From Thermoproteota archaeon (GTDB taxonomy: Archaea > Thermoproteota > Thermoprotei > Thermofilales > B9-G17), in the NCBI GenBank assembly GCA_029258885.1, contig JAPDJW010000001.1, positions 160,001 to 224,000 of the forward strand: a stretch of 64,000 nucleotides of DNA. The letters are read 5' to 3'. Each line of letters begins with the position of its first letter. Position 1 is the first letter of the stretch. The notes below the pieces were generated by a model, which saw only the letters and a list, made by a program, of their open reading frames with translations, made no database searches and was not told the origin of the DNA. Of this stretch, positions 51,494-61,789 are shown piece after piece. The position numbers were made by a program, and so were the translations under genes.

Positions 51494-53038
51494 ATGATAT
51501 GGAAGGTGGATATAATGAGGATAAATGGTAAGCAACTAGGGTTATTTCTGGGACCATCTCTCTTTTTATTGCTTCTTCTAATTCCTCCTCTTCCATATAC
51601 AGATATCGTAGCCTCGAGGATCGACTTACCGTTTGATAAAGCCCCCCAGTACGCCTTAGGAGTTTTATTGTGGATGGCTGTATGGTGGATTAGCGAGTGT
51701 GTGCCACTGGGATTAACAGGCTTAATAGCACCATTAATGCTCTCGATAGCAGGCATCCTCGCATGGAAAAGTGCATTAATGGTGTTCATGCATCCAATAA
51801 TCTGGATATTCATGGCTGGCTTTATCCTAGCCAAATGTTTTAGCAAATGGGGTTTAGATAAAAGATTAGCCCTTTCACTTGCATCGATGTATAAGGGTAA
51901 CAATCCAATGCTAGCAACATTTTTCGTAGCATGTCTTCCCGTTTTCGTGTTAACGACAACTGGGTCGATAACTGCCTCAACGTCAATAGTATATCCGCTT
52001 CTACTTGCATATCTCAAAACGTTAAACCTGAGCGAAAAGAGCAGGTACGCTGAAGCAAGCATGATAGCGTTGGGTCAGGCGGCAACAGCAGGGGCAATGC
52101 TACTACTAATAAGCACGCCACCTAACCTAGTCGCAAAAATAGTACTTGAATCCATGGGTGAACAGTATTCTGTGAATTTCTTTGACTGGTTTATCGTAGG
52201 GACGCCCCATGCAATATTAGGGCTTCTAATATCTTGGCTTGTAACGTTCTATGTTGTTAAGCCTGAGATGAAGACAATAGAAAAGTTGAAGGAGAGAGTA
52301 GAGTTGGAGAAGAAAAAGCTGGGATCAATGAGTGCTGGCGAAAAGTTAACGTTAGTAGCTTTCGTTATGGTTCTAATATTATGGATGATTCCAGGTTTTT
52401 TAGCAATAGCATCTAGCATACGCCCAGAGTTGTCAAGCATTTACGGATATATTAAGCAGGCTCTTCCCGAAGCGGCACCAGTCGTAATACTAATGATCTA
52501 TGTATGTCTCATAAAAGTTAAAGGAGAGCCTATTTTGGAATGGAATGAATTGCTACGTGGAATAGATTGGAACGTAGTTTTCCTCTTCGGAGGAGGAATA
52601 GCGCTAGGCTCAGGATTAGATAAAAGTGGTTTTTCATCATGGCTGGTCGAAATAGTTACCCAAAACGTCACGTTCATAAATGATGTATGGACGCTAACCC
52701 TAATTACGTCAGTTATAGGTTTCCTAATAACCTATCCTGCATCTAATACAGCATCGGCATGGATTGCATGTCCAATAGCGGTAACACTGGCTAGAAGTGC
52801 TGGAATAAATCCAATAATACCCGTAATAGCTACAGCGCTAGCATGTTCGATTTCAAGCGCGCTCCCGTCAACAACGCCGCCTATGGCGATAGTATACAGC
52901 TCAGGGTATATCAGAATGTGGAATATGTTTAAAGTAGGGATGATATCGGATACGATAAGGTTTATAATACTTATAGTACTGGAGCCGATGCTGGTCTCTA
53001 TGTTATGTGGCATGAAGGGATTTCCCGTGTATATGTAA
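51494..53038 (+). CDS. DASS/SLC13 family anion:Na+ symporter
   Basis: WWISECVPL, STPPNL, LFGGGIALG, ASNTA and TTPPMAIVY motifs. Confidence 0.92.
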   Translation: MIWKVDIMRINGKQLGLFLGPSLFLLLLLIPPLPYTDIVASRIDLPFDKAPQYALGVLLWMAVWWISECVPLGLTGLIAPLMLSIAGILAWKSALMVFMHPIIWIFMAGFILAKCFSKWGLDKRLALSLASMYKGNNPMLATFFVACLPVFVLTTTGSITASTSIVYPLLLAYLKTLNLSEKSRYAEASMIALGQAATAGAMLLLISTPPNLVAKIVLESMGEQYSVNFFDWFIVGTPHAILGLLISWLVTFYVVKPEMKTIEKLKERVELEKKKLGSMSAGEKLTLVAFVMVLILWMIPGFLAIASSIRPELSSIYGYIKQALPEAAPVVILMIYVCLIKVKGEPILEWNELLRGIDWNVVFLFGGGIALGSGLDKSGFSSWLVEIVTQNVTFINDVWTLTLITSVIGFLITYPASNTASAWIACPIAVTLARSAGINPIIPVIATALACSISSALPSTTPPMAIVYSSGYIRMWNMFKVGMISDTIRFIILIVLEPMLVSMLCGMKGFPVYM

Positions 53039-55762
53039 TTATTTTCGTCGTATTCTCTTTTCTAATTTGTTTTCAAGTCTTAGGTAAGGTTTAGGATATA
53101 GTATAAGGCTTAAGCAGGCGAATGGTACCAATAGTAACCAGTCAGTTAATGTAAGAGGGGCGGTGTCAAAGAAGTAGTTAAGGAGTGGAACATAAATTAT
53201 GCTAAGGTGAAGGATAAGCGCTGTTATCACTGATACCACCAGCATTTTGTTCGCGGTAACGTTTTTCCAGGAACTAAATATGTATGTTTCTTCCGATCTA
53301 CATATAAACGCTAGAATTAACTCAAATAAGATAGCCTGTGTAAATGCTAGCGTTCTTGCTTCATCGAGTGTCTCCTTCATCTGCAGTGCTATGTAAAATG
53401 GTGTAAGCCACGAAATGAGTGCAAGTATTACCGATGCAATGATGAATACTATCATGCCATGATAAATTTCCTCACCAGGATCCCTAGGTTTCTTTTTCAT
53501 AATCCCCTCATCCGGAGGATCCATACCCAGCGCTAGAGCTGGTAATCCGTCAGTTACCAAGTTTATCCATAGAATCTGCTTTGGAGTAAATGGTAGGGGC
53601 AGGTCTAGGAGCGCTGCAAAGAATACAACGAATATTTCATCCCAATTAACTGATAGAAGTAGCCTTAGGAATTTCCTTATATTCTCATATATCGTTCTGC
53701 CCTCCTTTATGGCTGAAACTATTGTAGCGAAGTTATCGTCCGCTAAAATTAAGTCGGCAGCTTCCCTCGTAACATCCGATCCTCTGATGCCCATCGCAAT
53801 ACCTATATCAGCTTTTTTCACCGACGGTGCATCGTTAACACCGTCCCCTGTCATAGCTACTATGTGCCCTTTCCTCTTCAAAGCGTCGATAATCCTAAGT
53901 TTATGTTCCGGCGACACCCTAGCATAAATTCTAACCTCATCAACTAACTTAAGGAATTCTTCATCACTTAAACTATCTATATCTTTTCCAGTAAGGACTA
54001 CTGTATCACTTTCATCCTTAATTAAACCTATCTCCTTAGCAATAGCTACGGCCGTTTCCTTATGGTCTCCGGTAACCATTATGACAGTTATTCCCGCTTC
54101 CTCTGCAACCTTGATAGCCTCTTTAACTTCAGGTCTAGGAGGATCAATCATTCCCACTAGCCCGAGCAGAATTATATTTCGCTCTAAATCACCTTCGGAT
54201 TTATATTCAATTGAGAGAGGCCTATATCCGATAGCTAATACTCTTAAGGCCTTCTTGGCCATGGATCTAGCTGTTAGAAGAATTTTTTCCTTTTCTTCCT
54301 TCGATATCTCATATACCTTGCCAGCTTTCTCGATATATTTGGCTCTCTCAACTATGACTTCCGGAGCTCCCTTTATGAAGAGCATAATTTCCCCATCGGC
54401 TCGTCTATGTATTGTACTCATCCTCTTCCTAATCGAGTCGAAAGGAATCTCATCTATTCTAACGTACTCTTTCTCAAGTTTCTCCTTGCTGAGTCCCGCC
54501 TTTTCAGCTAAAACAACTAGAGCTCCTTCTGTTGGATCACCTATAATTCTCCATTCTTTATCGTAGAATTCCAGCCTAGCATCATTACATAATGCACCTG
54601 CAAGAATTAGCTTCATAAGCGTAACATCTTCTTTCGGGTTAATGACTCTATTTTTAAGATAAAATTTTCCTTTAGGCTCATATCCCGTGCCAGTTACATG
54701 TACTCTTCTATCCCAAACATATATTTCCCTCACCGTCATCTCATTTTTCGTCAGCGTACCCGTCTTGTCGGTACATATAACGGTGGAACTGCCGAGAGTC
54801 TCTACGGAGGATAGCCGCCTAACTATGGCGTTTTTCCTAGCCATCCTCTGAACGCCTATTGCAAGGGTAACTGTTACAACTGCTGGCAACCCCTCAGGCA
54901 CGGCCGAGACTGCCAGGCTTATGGCTGTTAGGAGCATATCAATAATACTTGCTCCCTCAAGTAAACATTCAAGTCCAGCTAGTGCTGACAAAAATACTAT
55001 GACGATGGCTAAGATTCTGCCGAACTTTTCAAGTTTTCTTTGAAGGGGCGTTTCCTCCTCTTCTTCCTGAAGCATTGAAGCTATTTTCCCGAATTCGGTG
55101 TTCATCCCTGTTGCTGTTACGACAGCTTTTCCTCTACCATAAACTACTGTAGTAGCCATGTAAACCATATTCCTCCTTTCATGTATGGGTGTGTGGGGAT
55201 CTTCCAAGGGTTCAGTAAACTTGGATACCGGAACCGATTCCCCAGTAAGGATCGATTCATCGACTCTAAGGTTTACTGCTTCAATTAATCTGGCATCAGC
55301 TGGAACCTTGTTTCCAACCTCAAGAATAATGATATCTCCTGGAACGACTTCTCGGGAGGGTATGGTTATCTCCCTACCGTTTCTAATAACGATAGCTTTC
55401 GGTGAGGCGAGCTTTTTCAACGCTTCTAACGCCTTCTCTGCTCTATATTCCTGAATGAAACCCAATACGGCGTTAAGGATAACAATTACCATTATTACAA
55501 TGGCATCTTCCATCTCGCCAACGAATACCGATATGACTACAGAAGCGAGCAATATCAATACGAGAATGCTTTTAAATTGCTCGAGAAATATTGAAAGGAC
55601 TCCACGTCTCTTTTCCACTAGGATTTCATTGTAGCCATATTCTATAAGCCTCTTCCTTGCCTCTTTCTCATCCAAACCATGGGTAGAAGATGTTTGAAAA
55701 TACTCAATAACTTCCTTAATATCCATTACGTGAAAATTATTATACAAGATAGTATCACCCAA
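53039..55762 (-). CDS. P-type IIA (Ca2+-transporting-like) ATPase
   Basis: TGES, PEGL, DKTGTLT, KGAPE, MVTGDH, GDGVNDAP and WINLVTDGLPALAL motifs. Confidence 0.95.
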   Translation of the reverse strand: MGDTILYNNFHVMDIKEVIEYFQTSSTHGLDEKEARKRLIEYGYNEILVEKRRGVLSIFLEQFKSILVLILLASVVISVFVGEMEDAIVIMVIVILNAVLGFIQEYRAEKALEALKKLASPKAIVIRNGREITIPSREVVPGDIIILEVGNKVPADARLIEAVNLRVDESILTGESVPVSKFTEPLEDPHTPIHERRNMVYMATTVVYGRGKAVVTATGMNTEFGKIASMLQEEEEETPLQRKLEKFGRILAIVIVFLSALAGLECLLEGASIIDMLLTAISLAVSAVPEGLPAVVTVTLAIGVQRMARKNAIVRRLSSVETLGSSTVICTDKTGTLTKNEMTVREIYVWDRRVHVTGTGYEPKGKFYLKNRVINPKEDVTLMKLILAGALCNDARLEFYDKEWRIIGDPTEGALVVLAEKAGLSKEKLEKEYVRIDEIPFDSIRKRMSTIHRRADGEIMLFIKGAPEVIVERAKYIEKAGKVYEISKEEKEKILLTARSMAKKALRVLAIGYRPLSIEYKSEGDLERNIILLGLVGMIDPPRPEVKEAIKVAEEAGITVIMVTGDHKETAVAIAKEIGLIKDESDTVVLTGKDIDSLSDEEFLKLVDEVRIYARVSPEHKLRIIDALKRKGHIVAMTGDGVNDAPSVKKADIGIAMGIRGSDVTREAADLILADDNFATIVSAIKEGRTIYENIRKFLRLLLSVNWDEIFVVFFAALLDLPLPFTPKQILWINLVTDGLPALALGMDPPDEGIMKKKPRDPGEEIYHGMIVFIIASVILALISWLTPFYIALQMKETLDEARTLAFTQAILFELILAFICRSEETYIFSSWKNVTANKMLVVSVITALILHLSIIYVPLLNYFFDTAPLTLTDWLLLVPFACLSLILYPKPYLRLENKLEKRIRRK

Positions 55763-55799
55763 CTAAGAAAAAATAAAAAGGTACTAGCGGGCATAGGTT

Positions 55800-56075
55800 T
55801 TATTCCTGCTTTACTAGCACTATTTCAATTGTAGAGACCATTCTCTCTTTTCCAGGCTCTCCTACCTTCTCGCTTGAAATAGTTATGCTCTCCTCCTTAA
55901 CTTTGCCCGGAAATATTCTCTTAACCATCTCAGCAGTATCTACGGCCTTTGAGATCGCTCTCCCTCTTGCTTTAATCACCACCTTCTCCGTACCCATTGA
56001 AAACTGTGTAACAACTGCTAGAACATAGTTCGACGTTGGCTTAGCTCCTATAAGAACTGCTGCCTCCTGGGACAT
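55800..56075 (-). CDS. albA: Chromatin protein Alba
   Basis: IGAKPTSNYVLA, KARGRAISKAVD and VSTIEIVL motifs. ATG at 56075 follows an AGGTGA SD. Confidence 0.95.
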   Translation of the reverse strand: MSQEAAVLIGAKPTSNYVLAVVTQFSMGTEKVVIKARGRAISKAVDTAEMVKRIFPGKVKEESITISSEKVGEPGKERMVSTIEIVLVKQE

Positions 56076-56246
56076 TGTTGTCACCTTGCACATCATTTTA
56101 TGATTGAATATTTAAAAGTTTCGACCAATATTCCGCATATGTTTGCATTTTAACGTTTGATTGTGGACGCATCAGCAAGAGTGAAATGATTCGTTTAAAT
56201 GTTTAAGCGCTATACATATAGGTATGTCTTTTAAACATTTTATAAT

Positions 56247-56300
56247 TGGATGATGAGGTCTCAATTCGGATTAGTGAAGTTAAGAGAGTCAGCTGATGAC
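56247..56300 (+). ncRNA. C/D box guide sRNA; D guide predicts 23S rRNA Cm1920 (E. coli numbering)
   Basis: C ATGATGA (56250), D' CGGA (56267), C' GTGAAG, guide TTAAGAGAGTCAG (56280-56292), D CTGA (56293). The guide is the reverse complement of CUGACUCUCUUAA in crenarchaeal-type 23S helix 69 (recalled consensus). Confidence 0.8.
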
Positions 56301-56438
56301 TACGAACATGCTTCTAACACATGATAGGACTGCTATGAAAGCGTGCTCTAATTCTTAACGTATCTTAAGCCTATTATCTTTGCATTCCCGCCCTACGCTA
56401 AAAGCTTATTTACCTATAAATTCGATAGAATACCCTGG

Positions 56439-57665
56439 GTGATGAATATGAGGAAAATCGTAGCTGATAGAATAGGCTTAATATCCTATGCGATTAGAGA
56501 GCTGGTTCCTCTCGCTAGGGAGATGGAGAGGAAGGGAGAGAAGGTAATTTACCTTAATATAGGAGATCCTCTTAAGTACGATTTTGATACTCCCCATCAT
56601 ATAAAGGAGGCATTGTATGAGGGTACTCTAAAGGGGTATAATTATTACTCTGTATCCGAGGGCCTCGATGAGCTACGCGAAGCAATTGCATACAAGGAAA
56701 AGAAGTTTAACGGCGTAGATATAACGGCAGAGGAAGTTATAGTAACGCAAGGTGTATCTGAGGCCATAGCATTCATCGCCGCAACTCTATTGAATTCGGG
56801 GGACGAAATACTTGTTCCTGACCCGACATACCCGCTATATCAGACGTATATACGGGTTTTTCATGGTAAGCCTGTTTTCTACGGCACCATTGAGGAGAAC
56901 GGATGGCAGCCTGATATAGATGACATAAGGAGTAAGATAAGCGAAAAAACTAAAGCAATAGTTATAATTAACCCTAATAATCCTACAGGGTCAGTCTACG
57001 ACGAAAAAACTGTAAAGGCCATCCTTGATGTAGCAGCTGAACACGACATAATTGTCGTCAGCGACGAAATCTATGATAGAATAGTTTTCGACGCTACGTT
57101 TAAGAGCACGGCCGCTCTTTCAAAGGATGTGCCAATAATAGGGTTAAACGGTTTCTCGAAGGTTTATCTAATGACTGGATGGAGACTCGGCTATATGTAC
57201 GTCTATGATCCCACGCAAAAGTATAGAGATATATTGGTTTCGGCGCTCGTAAAAATGGCGAGATGTAGACTATCGGCGTCCACTCCAGTCCAGTATGCAG
57301 GAATAGCTGCAATTAAAGGGCCACAGGACCATGTCAAGGACATGGTAGCTAAAATAAGGAGAAGAAGAGACTACTTGTACAAGCGTATATCCGAAATCGA
57401 TGGGATGTCGTCTATACTGCCTAAAGGAGCCTTCTACATATTCCCCAATATAAGCAGAATAGAAAAAGACGATAAATTGTTTGCATTAAAGCTTCTTAAG
57501 GAAGAAAAAGTTCTAGTAGTGCATGGTTCAGGCTTTGGGCCATCGGGAGCAGGTCATCTCAGAATAGTTCTCCTACCACCAATAGAACTGCTTGAAGAAG
57601 CAATGAGTAGAATAGAACATTTCATTAAGAAGACGTACGGAAATCGCGTGAGTAAAATTAATTAA
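56439..57665 (+). CDS. Class I/II PLP aminotransferase (Ala/Asp aminotransferase-like)
   Basis: LNIGDP, INPNNPTG, SDEIYD and GFSKVYLMTGWRLG (PLP Lys) motifs. Confidence 0.93.
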   Translation: MMNMRKIVADRIGLISYAIRELVPLAREMERKGEKVIYLNIGDPLKYDFDTPHHIKEALYEGTLKGYNYYSVSEGLDELREAIAYKEKKFNGVDITAEEVIVTQGVSEAIAFIAATLLNSGDEILVPDPTYPLYQTYIRVFHGKPVFYGTIEENGWQPDIDDIRSKISEKTKAIVIINPNNPTGSVYDEKTVKAILDVAAEHDIIVVSDEIYDRIVFDATFKSTAALSKDVPIIGLNGFSKVYLMTGWRLGYMYVYDPTQKYRDILVSALVKMARCRLSASTPVQYAGIAAIKGPQDHVKDMVAKIRRRRDYLYKRISEIDGMSSILPKGAFYIFPNISRIEKDDKLFALKLLKEEKVLVVHGSGFGPSGAGHLRIVLLPPIELLEEAMSRIEHFIKKTYGNRVSKIN

Positions 57666-57686
57666 GCAAAAATTCATCTATTTTAG

Positions 57687-57760
57687 GGGGCCGTAGTCCA
57701 GCCTGGTAGGATGCCTGGCTTGGGCCCAGGTGGTCCGGGGTTCAAATCCCCGCGGCCCCA
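57687..57760 (+). tRNA. tRNA-Pro(TGG)
   Basis: GGGGCCG/CGGCCCC-A acceptor; CCTGG-CT-TGG-GC-CCAGG anticodon arm; GTTCAAATC T loop. Confidence 0.97.
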
Positions 57761-57858
57761 CCTTGAGTTTTTTCCAGTGTTTCTAGTGAACCCACCTACC
57801 TTGATAAGGTTATCAAGAGTACTAGCGTAATCTAAATAATTATAGAAGAAAAACAGAA

Positions 57859-57932
57859 TGGGCGGGGTGGGACTTGAACCCACGACCCTCCGGTCTTCAG
57901 CCGGATGCTCTCCCAGGCTGAGCTACCCGCCC
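57859..57932 (-). tRNA. tRNA-Phe(GAA)
   Basis: GGGCGGG/CCCGCCC-A acceptor; TCCGG-CT-GAA-GA-CCGGA anticodon arm. Confidence 0.97.
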
Positions 57933-57960
57933 TAACTAACATAATATAATCTGTTCAGGG

Positions 57961-57977
57961 GTTATAAAAATTTCTCT
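57961..57977 (-). promoter_or_regulatory. BRE/TATA promoter of tRNA-Phe
   Basis: Minus strand GAGAAATTTTTATAAC about 30 nt upstream of the tRNA 5' end. Confidence 0.55.
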
Positions 57978-58019
57978 GGATATGGTTAGAGCCCCGCTAT
58001 ATAAAAGGAGATACTAAGG

Positions 58020-58093
58020 CGCCGGGGGTGGGATTCGAACCCACGACCACGCGGTTAACAGCCGCGTGCTCTCCCAGGCTGAGCTACCCCGGC
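58020..58093 (-). tRNA. tRNA-Asn(GTT)
   Basis: GCCGGGG/CCCCGGC-G acceptor; CGCGG-CT-GTT-AA-CCGCG anticodon arm. Confidence 0.97.
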
Positions 58094-58213
58094 TGAAGGA
58101 AATCAGTGAATACTATCAGCAAATCGTTTAATAAAGTTTTCTAGATTATTCAAGCCAGGTTGAGAGAATCCTAACCGTGAAAATACGAATAATTCGTGTC
58201 TTAGAATGGGAGG

Positions 58214-58298
58214 TGCGGGGGGTGGGATTCGAACCCACGTAGGCCTACGCCACCGGATCTTGAGTCCGGCCCCTTTGACCTAGCTCGGGCACCCCCGC
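58214..58298 (-). tRNA. tRNA-Leu(CAA)
   Basis: GCGGGGG/CCCCCGC-A acceptor; CCGGA-CT-CAA-GA-TCCGG anticodon arm; long variable arm. Confidence 0.97.
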
Positions 58299-58393
58299 CT
58301 ACGTATGATATACGCATTTTCCTATGTAACTTTTTTCTTCATTCTTTCGATAGTACTATAAATATTTTTGCTAAGAAAATATAGGGTGATCGA

Positions 58394-58699
58394 GTGAAAA
58401 AGGCTAAAGCAGTCGTATTTTTTATAGCATTACTCCTAGTTTTCATGTATAGGCCGAAGGCGTATGCAAGCCCCGAGGAGATAGTGATGAACGCAATCCA
58501 ATACGTTGAAAGCTTCTTAAAAACGGTATTAAACCGAATCTATTCGCTTGCGCTTGATGTAATGAGGTTAGCGTATAATGCAATGCTAGCTGTAGGTATA
58601 CTCCTATATGCCACGGGTTTCGATTCATTTAGAGGTAAAAGATTAATAGTAGGGGCACTAGTACTAGCAGCTGCAACCGAAGGGTTAGCGACAATCTAA
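58394..58699 (+). CDS. Small membrane protein, VirB2/TrbC-pilin-like architecture
   Basis: Signal peptide ending AYA, amphipathic helix, then two hydrophobic segments separated by FDSFRGKRL. Confidence 0.6.
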   Translation: MKKAKAVVFFIALLLVFMYRPKAYASPEEIVMNAIQYVESFLKTVLNRIYSLALDVMRLAYNAMLAVGILLYATGFDSFRGKRLIVGALVLAAATEGLATI

Positions 58700-59152
58700 T
58701 GCCTTATATCTCTGTACGTTAAAGAATATCAGATAATGGAGCGGTTTTAACGTTTTTCCTCATTCATTAATAAAACTACGCTCCTTAACTCGTCTACAGT
58801 TCTTTCTCAGATTCTTGGTCGAGTTTCACTAGTATGAAGCTATCCATGAAAAATATGAGGATGAGTGCCTGCAATGCTGTTGCAGATCTGTCATTCATGT
58901 TCCCATACTCCTCAAGAAGGAAGTATGGGCGAGATGGAGTCCCTGCCGCAAGATACAATACATCACCCTCCTGTATAGAATGAAACGGTAGAGATAAACA
59001 GTTAGCGATTTTCTGGCACCTAGCATGCGATGTTCCCCATGCTAGAGAAAACAAAATCAAGGAATTAAGAATAAGACGAGAGAGAAATCAATTTATACTT
59101 TAGTTAAGGAAATCAATAAGTTAAATTGGGAAGTGTATTAGTGCTGTAGAGG

Positions 59153-60418
59153 TTGTTTGACTTGGAGACGCTCTGTGGTTGGATAAATGAGAAAAAGGAT
59201 ATTGGAGGCATAGTTTTCTTAACAGTCGTTCCGGATAACGGGATAAAGCCTATAGTAGCTGTCTGTAAAAAAGGTAGAAACCCTGAAGTATGGAAAGTAG
59301 CGAAGAAGCTTAAAATTGGCTCGGCCGTAAGGATAGATGGACAATACGCTGAAACTCAAATAAGCAAGAAAGGGCTCGAGTTTATTCCATGCAAAATTGT
59401 TGTCGTATCAGAGATGAGCGAAGAGAAAATACCTATAGATTTTTCCGGAAAAACACCTTTCTTGCTTGATACGAAGCTGGATTATAGATACTTAACCTTA
59501 AGGCTTCCTCGTGAGAGAGCAATATTCATAATACGATCTGAGATCTTAAAGTTAGCTAGGGAATGGTTCTATAAAAATGGCTTTATAGAGGTTCATACGC
59601 CTAAGCTATGTGGCGCCGGAGCAGAGGGAGGAGCAACAGTCTTCGAATTAAATTACTTCGAGAAAAAAGCATACTTAGCGCAAAGCCCCCAGTTATATAA
59701 GCAGATGTTAATGAGTGGACTTGAAAAGGTGTTTGAAATTACTCCCTACTTTAGGGCTGAAAAATTCTCAACTACCAGACACTTAAACGAAAGCTGGGGA
59801 ATAGACATGGAAGTAGGCTTTATCGATAATGAAGAGGATATAATGCGTTTACTTGAAGACCTAATAGTCCATCTAGTTGAAGGTTTAGCTGAGAGATGTA
59901 GCAAGGAATTGAAGATATTAAATGTTAAACTTAAAGCTCCCGAAAAACCATTCCCCAGAATAAAATACGACGAAGTCCTCGAAATACTTAGGAGGAGGGG
60001 TGTCGAAATAGAGTGGGGAGAAGACTTGGGTGATCGAGAGGAGAAAATATTGGGAGAAGAAATGACAAAAAGCGGCATAGATTTCTACTTTATTACGAAG
60101 TATCCATGGAAGGTAAAGCCTTTCTACATAATGAGGGAGAATTACCTAAGTAGATCGTTCGACCTAGATTGTAAAGGACTTGAACTTGCTTCAGGTGGTC
60201 AAAGGGAGCATAGAATAAACGAATTAGTAAATAATATGCTTGAGAAAGGACTAAATCCTAAGGACTTTGAGTTCTATCTCGAAGCCTTCCGATACGCTAT
60301 GCCTCCCCATGGAGGATACGGCCTAGGCGTTGAAAGACTAATGATGAAATTACTGAACTTGAAAAATATAAGAGAGGCAATTCTATTTCCAAGAGATAGG
60401 TGGAGGCTTGTTCCTTGA
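59153..60418 (+). CDS. aspS: Aspartate--tRNA ligase (archaeal type)
   Basis: AEGGA, YLAQSPQLYKQM, FRAE, RHLNE, ELASGGQREH and PPHGGYGLG motifs. Confidence 0.93.
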   Translation: MFDLETLCGWINEKKDIGGIVFLTVVPDNGIKPIVAVCKKGRNPEVWKVAKKLKIGSAVRIDGQYAETQISKKGLEFIPCKIVVVSEMSEEKIPIDFSGKTPFLLDTKLDYRYLTLRLPRERAIFIIRSEILKLAREWFYKNGFIEVHTPKLCGAGAEGGATVFELNYFEKKAYLAQSPQLYKQMLMSGLEKVFEITPYFRAEKFSTTRHLNESWGIDMEVGFIDNEEDIMRLLEDLIVHLVEGLAERCSKELKILNVKLKAPEKPFPRIKYDEVLEILRRRGVEIEWGEDLGDREEKILGEEMTKSGIDFYFITKYPWKVKPFYIMRENYLSRSFDLDCKGLELASGGQREHRINELVNNMLEKGLNPKDFEFYLEAFRYAMPPHGGYGLGVERLMMKLLNLKNIREAILFPRDRWRLVP

Positions 60419-60966
60419 ATTATGGTACAAGTGTTCATGAAAGCATCGAAAAATGCCCAGTCTGTGGATTGAATAAATTGCATAAAAACGAGGTTATCTA
60501 TGATGTTCCTCTTCTAGGCCAAGTAGTAATCTTTTCGTGCTACTGTGAGGCGTGCGGATATAGACATATGGACATTGTTAGCATGGAGTTGAAGGGCGGA
60601 CGACGAATATCGTATGTGGTGGAGGATGAGGAGGATATCTACGCAAAAATTGTAAGAGCTCCCACGGCGACAATAAAGGTTCCAGAGCTAGGGACGACAA
60701 TTAGACCGGGGCCAGCCGCTCAGGCTTTCATTACAAACGTAGAGGGACTAATGGAGCGCATAAGGGATGCCATAGAGATGGCTATACGGTGGAGCGAAAG
60801 TGATGAGGAGAAAAAGCAGGGATTAGCCTACTTAAAGAAAATAGAAGAAATCTTAAATGGTAATGAGAAAGCGACAATAATAATCGAGGATCCTCTCGGA
60901 AATAGTTTTATAATACCGCCAAAAGGAAGAGAAAAGAAGTTAAAAATAGAGTATATGGAGTATTAA
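60400..60966 (+). CDS. ZPR1-type zinc finger protein
   Basis: CPVCG...CEACGYRHMD, VRAPTATIKVPELG, TNVEGL and IEDPLGNS motifs. Confidence 0.92.
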   Translation: MEACSLNYGTSVHESIEKCPVCGLNKLHKNEVIYDVPLLGQVVIFSCYCEACGYRHMDIVSMELKGGRRISYVVEDEEDIYAKIVRAPTATIKVPELGTTIRPGPAAQAFITNVEGLMERIRDAIEMAIRWSESDEEKKQGLAYLKKIEEILNGNEKATIIIEDPLGNSFIIPPKGREKKLKIEYMEY

Positions 60967-60968
60967 AT

Positions 60969-61685
<717 letters not shown>

Positions 61686-61789
61686 TTAATATTACTCTTC
61701 TGAGTTTTCAAACCGTAGTCATGCGGAGGCTAAAGTACGTGAGCTTAATTAATGGCTTATAAATATGAATATCTTAGAGGTATAGGGCA

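Noticed and set aside
51352-52062. 236-aa minus-strand ORF
   Set aside because: Antisense shadow of the well-supported DASS transporter. The same applies to the many other short antisense ORFs in the track (e.g. 9942..10472, 22549..23181, 54081..54566, 61030..61500).
56293-56352. Further C/D sRNA starting at CTGATGA just after the Cm1920 guide
   Set aside because: Both putative D boxes would be CTAA and the spacing is irregular; support is insufficient.
57683-58300. Integrated element or att site at the four-tRNA cluster
   Set aside because: I found no integrase, no duplicated tRNA 3' fragment elsewhere in the window and no compositional break. The similarity among the tRNAs is ordinary.
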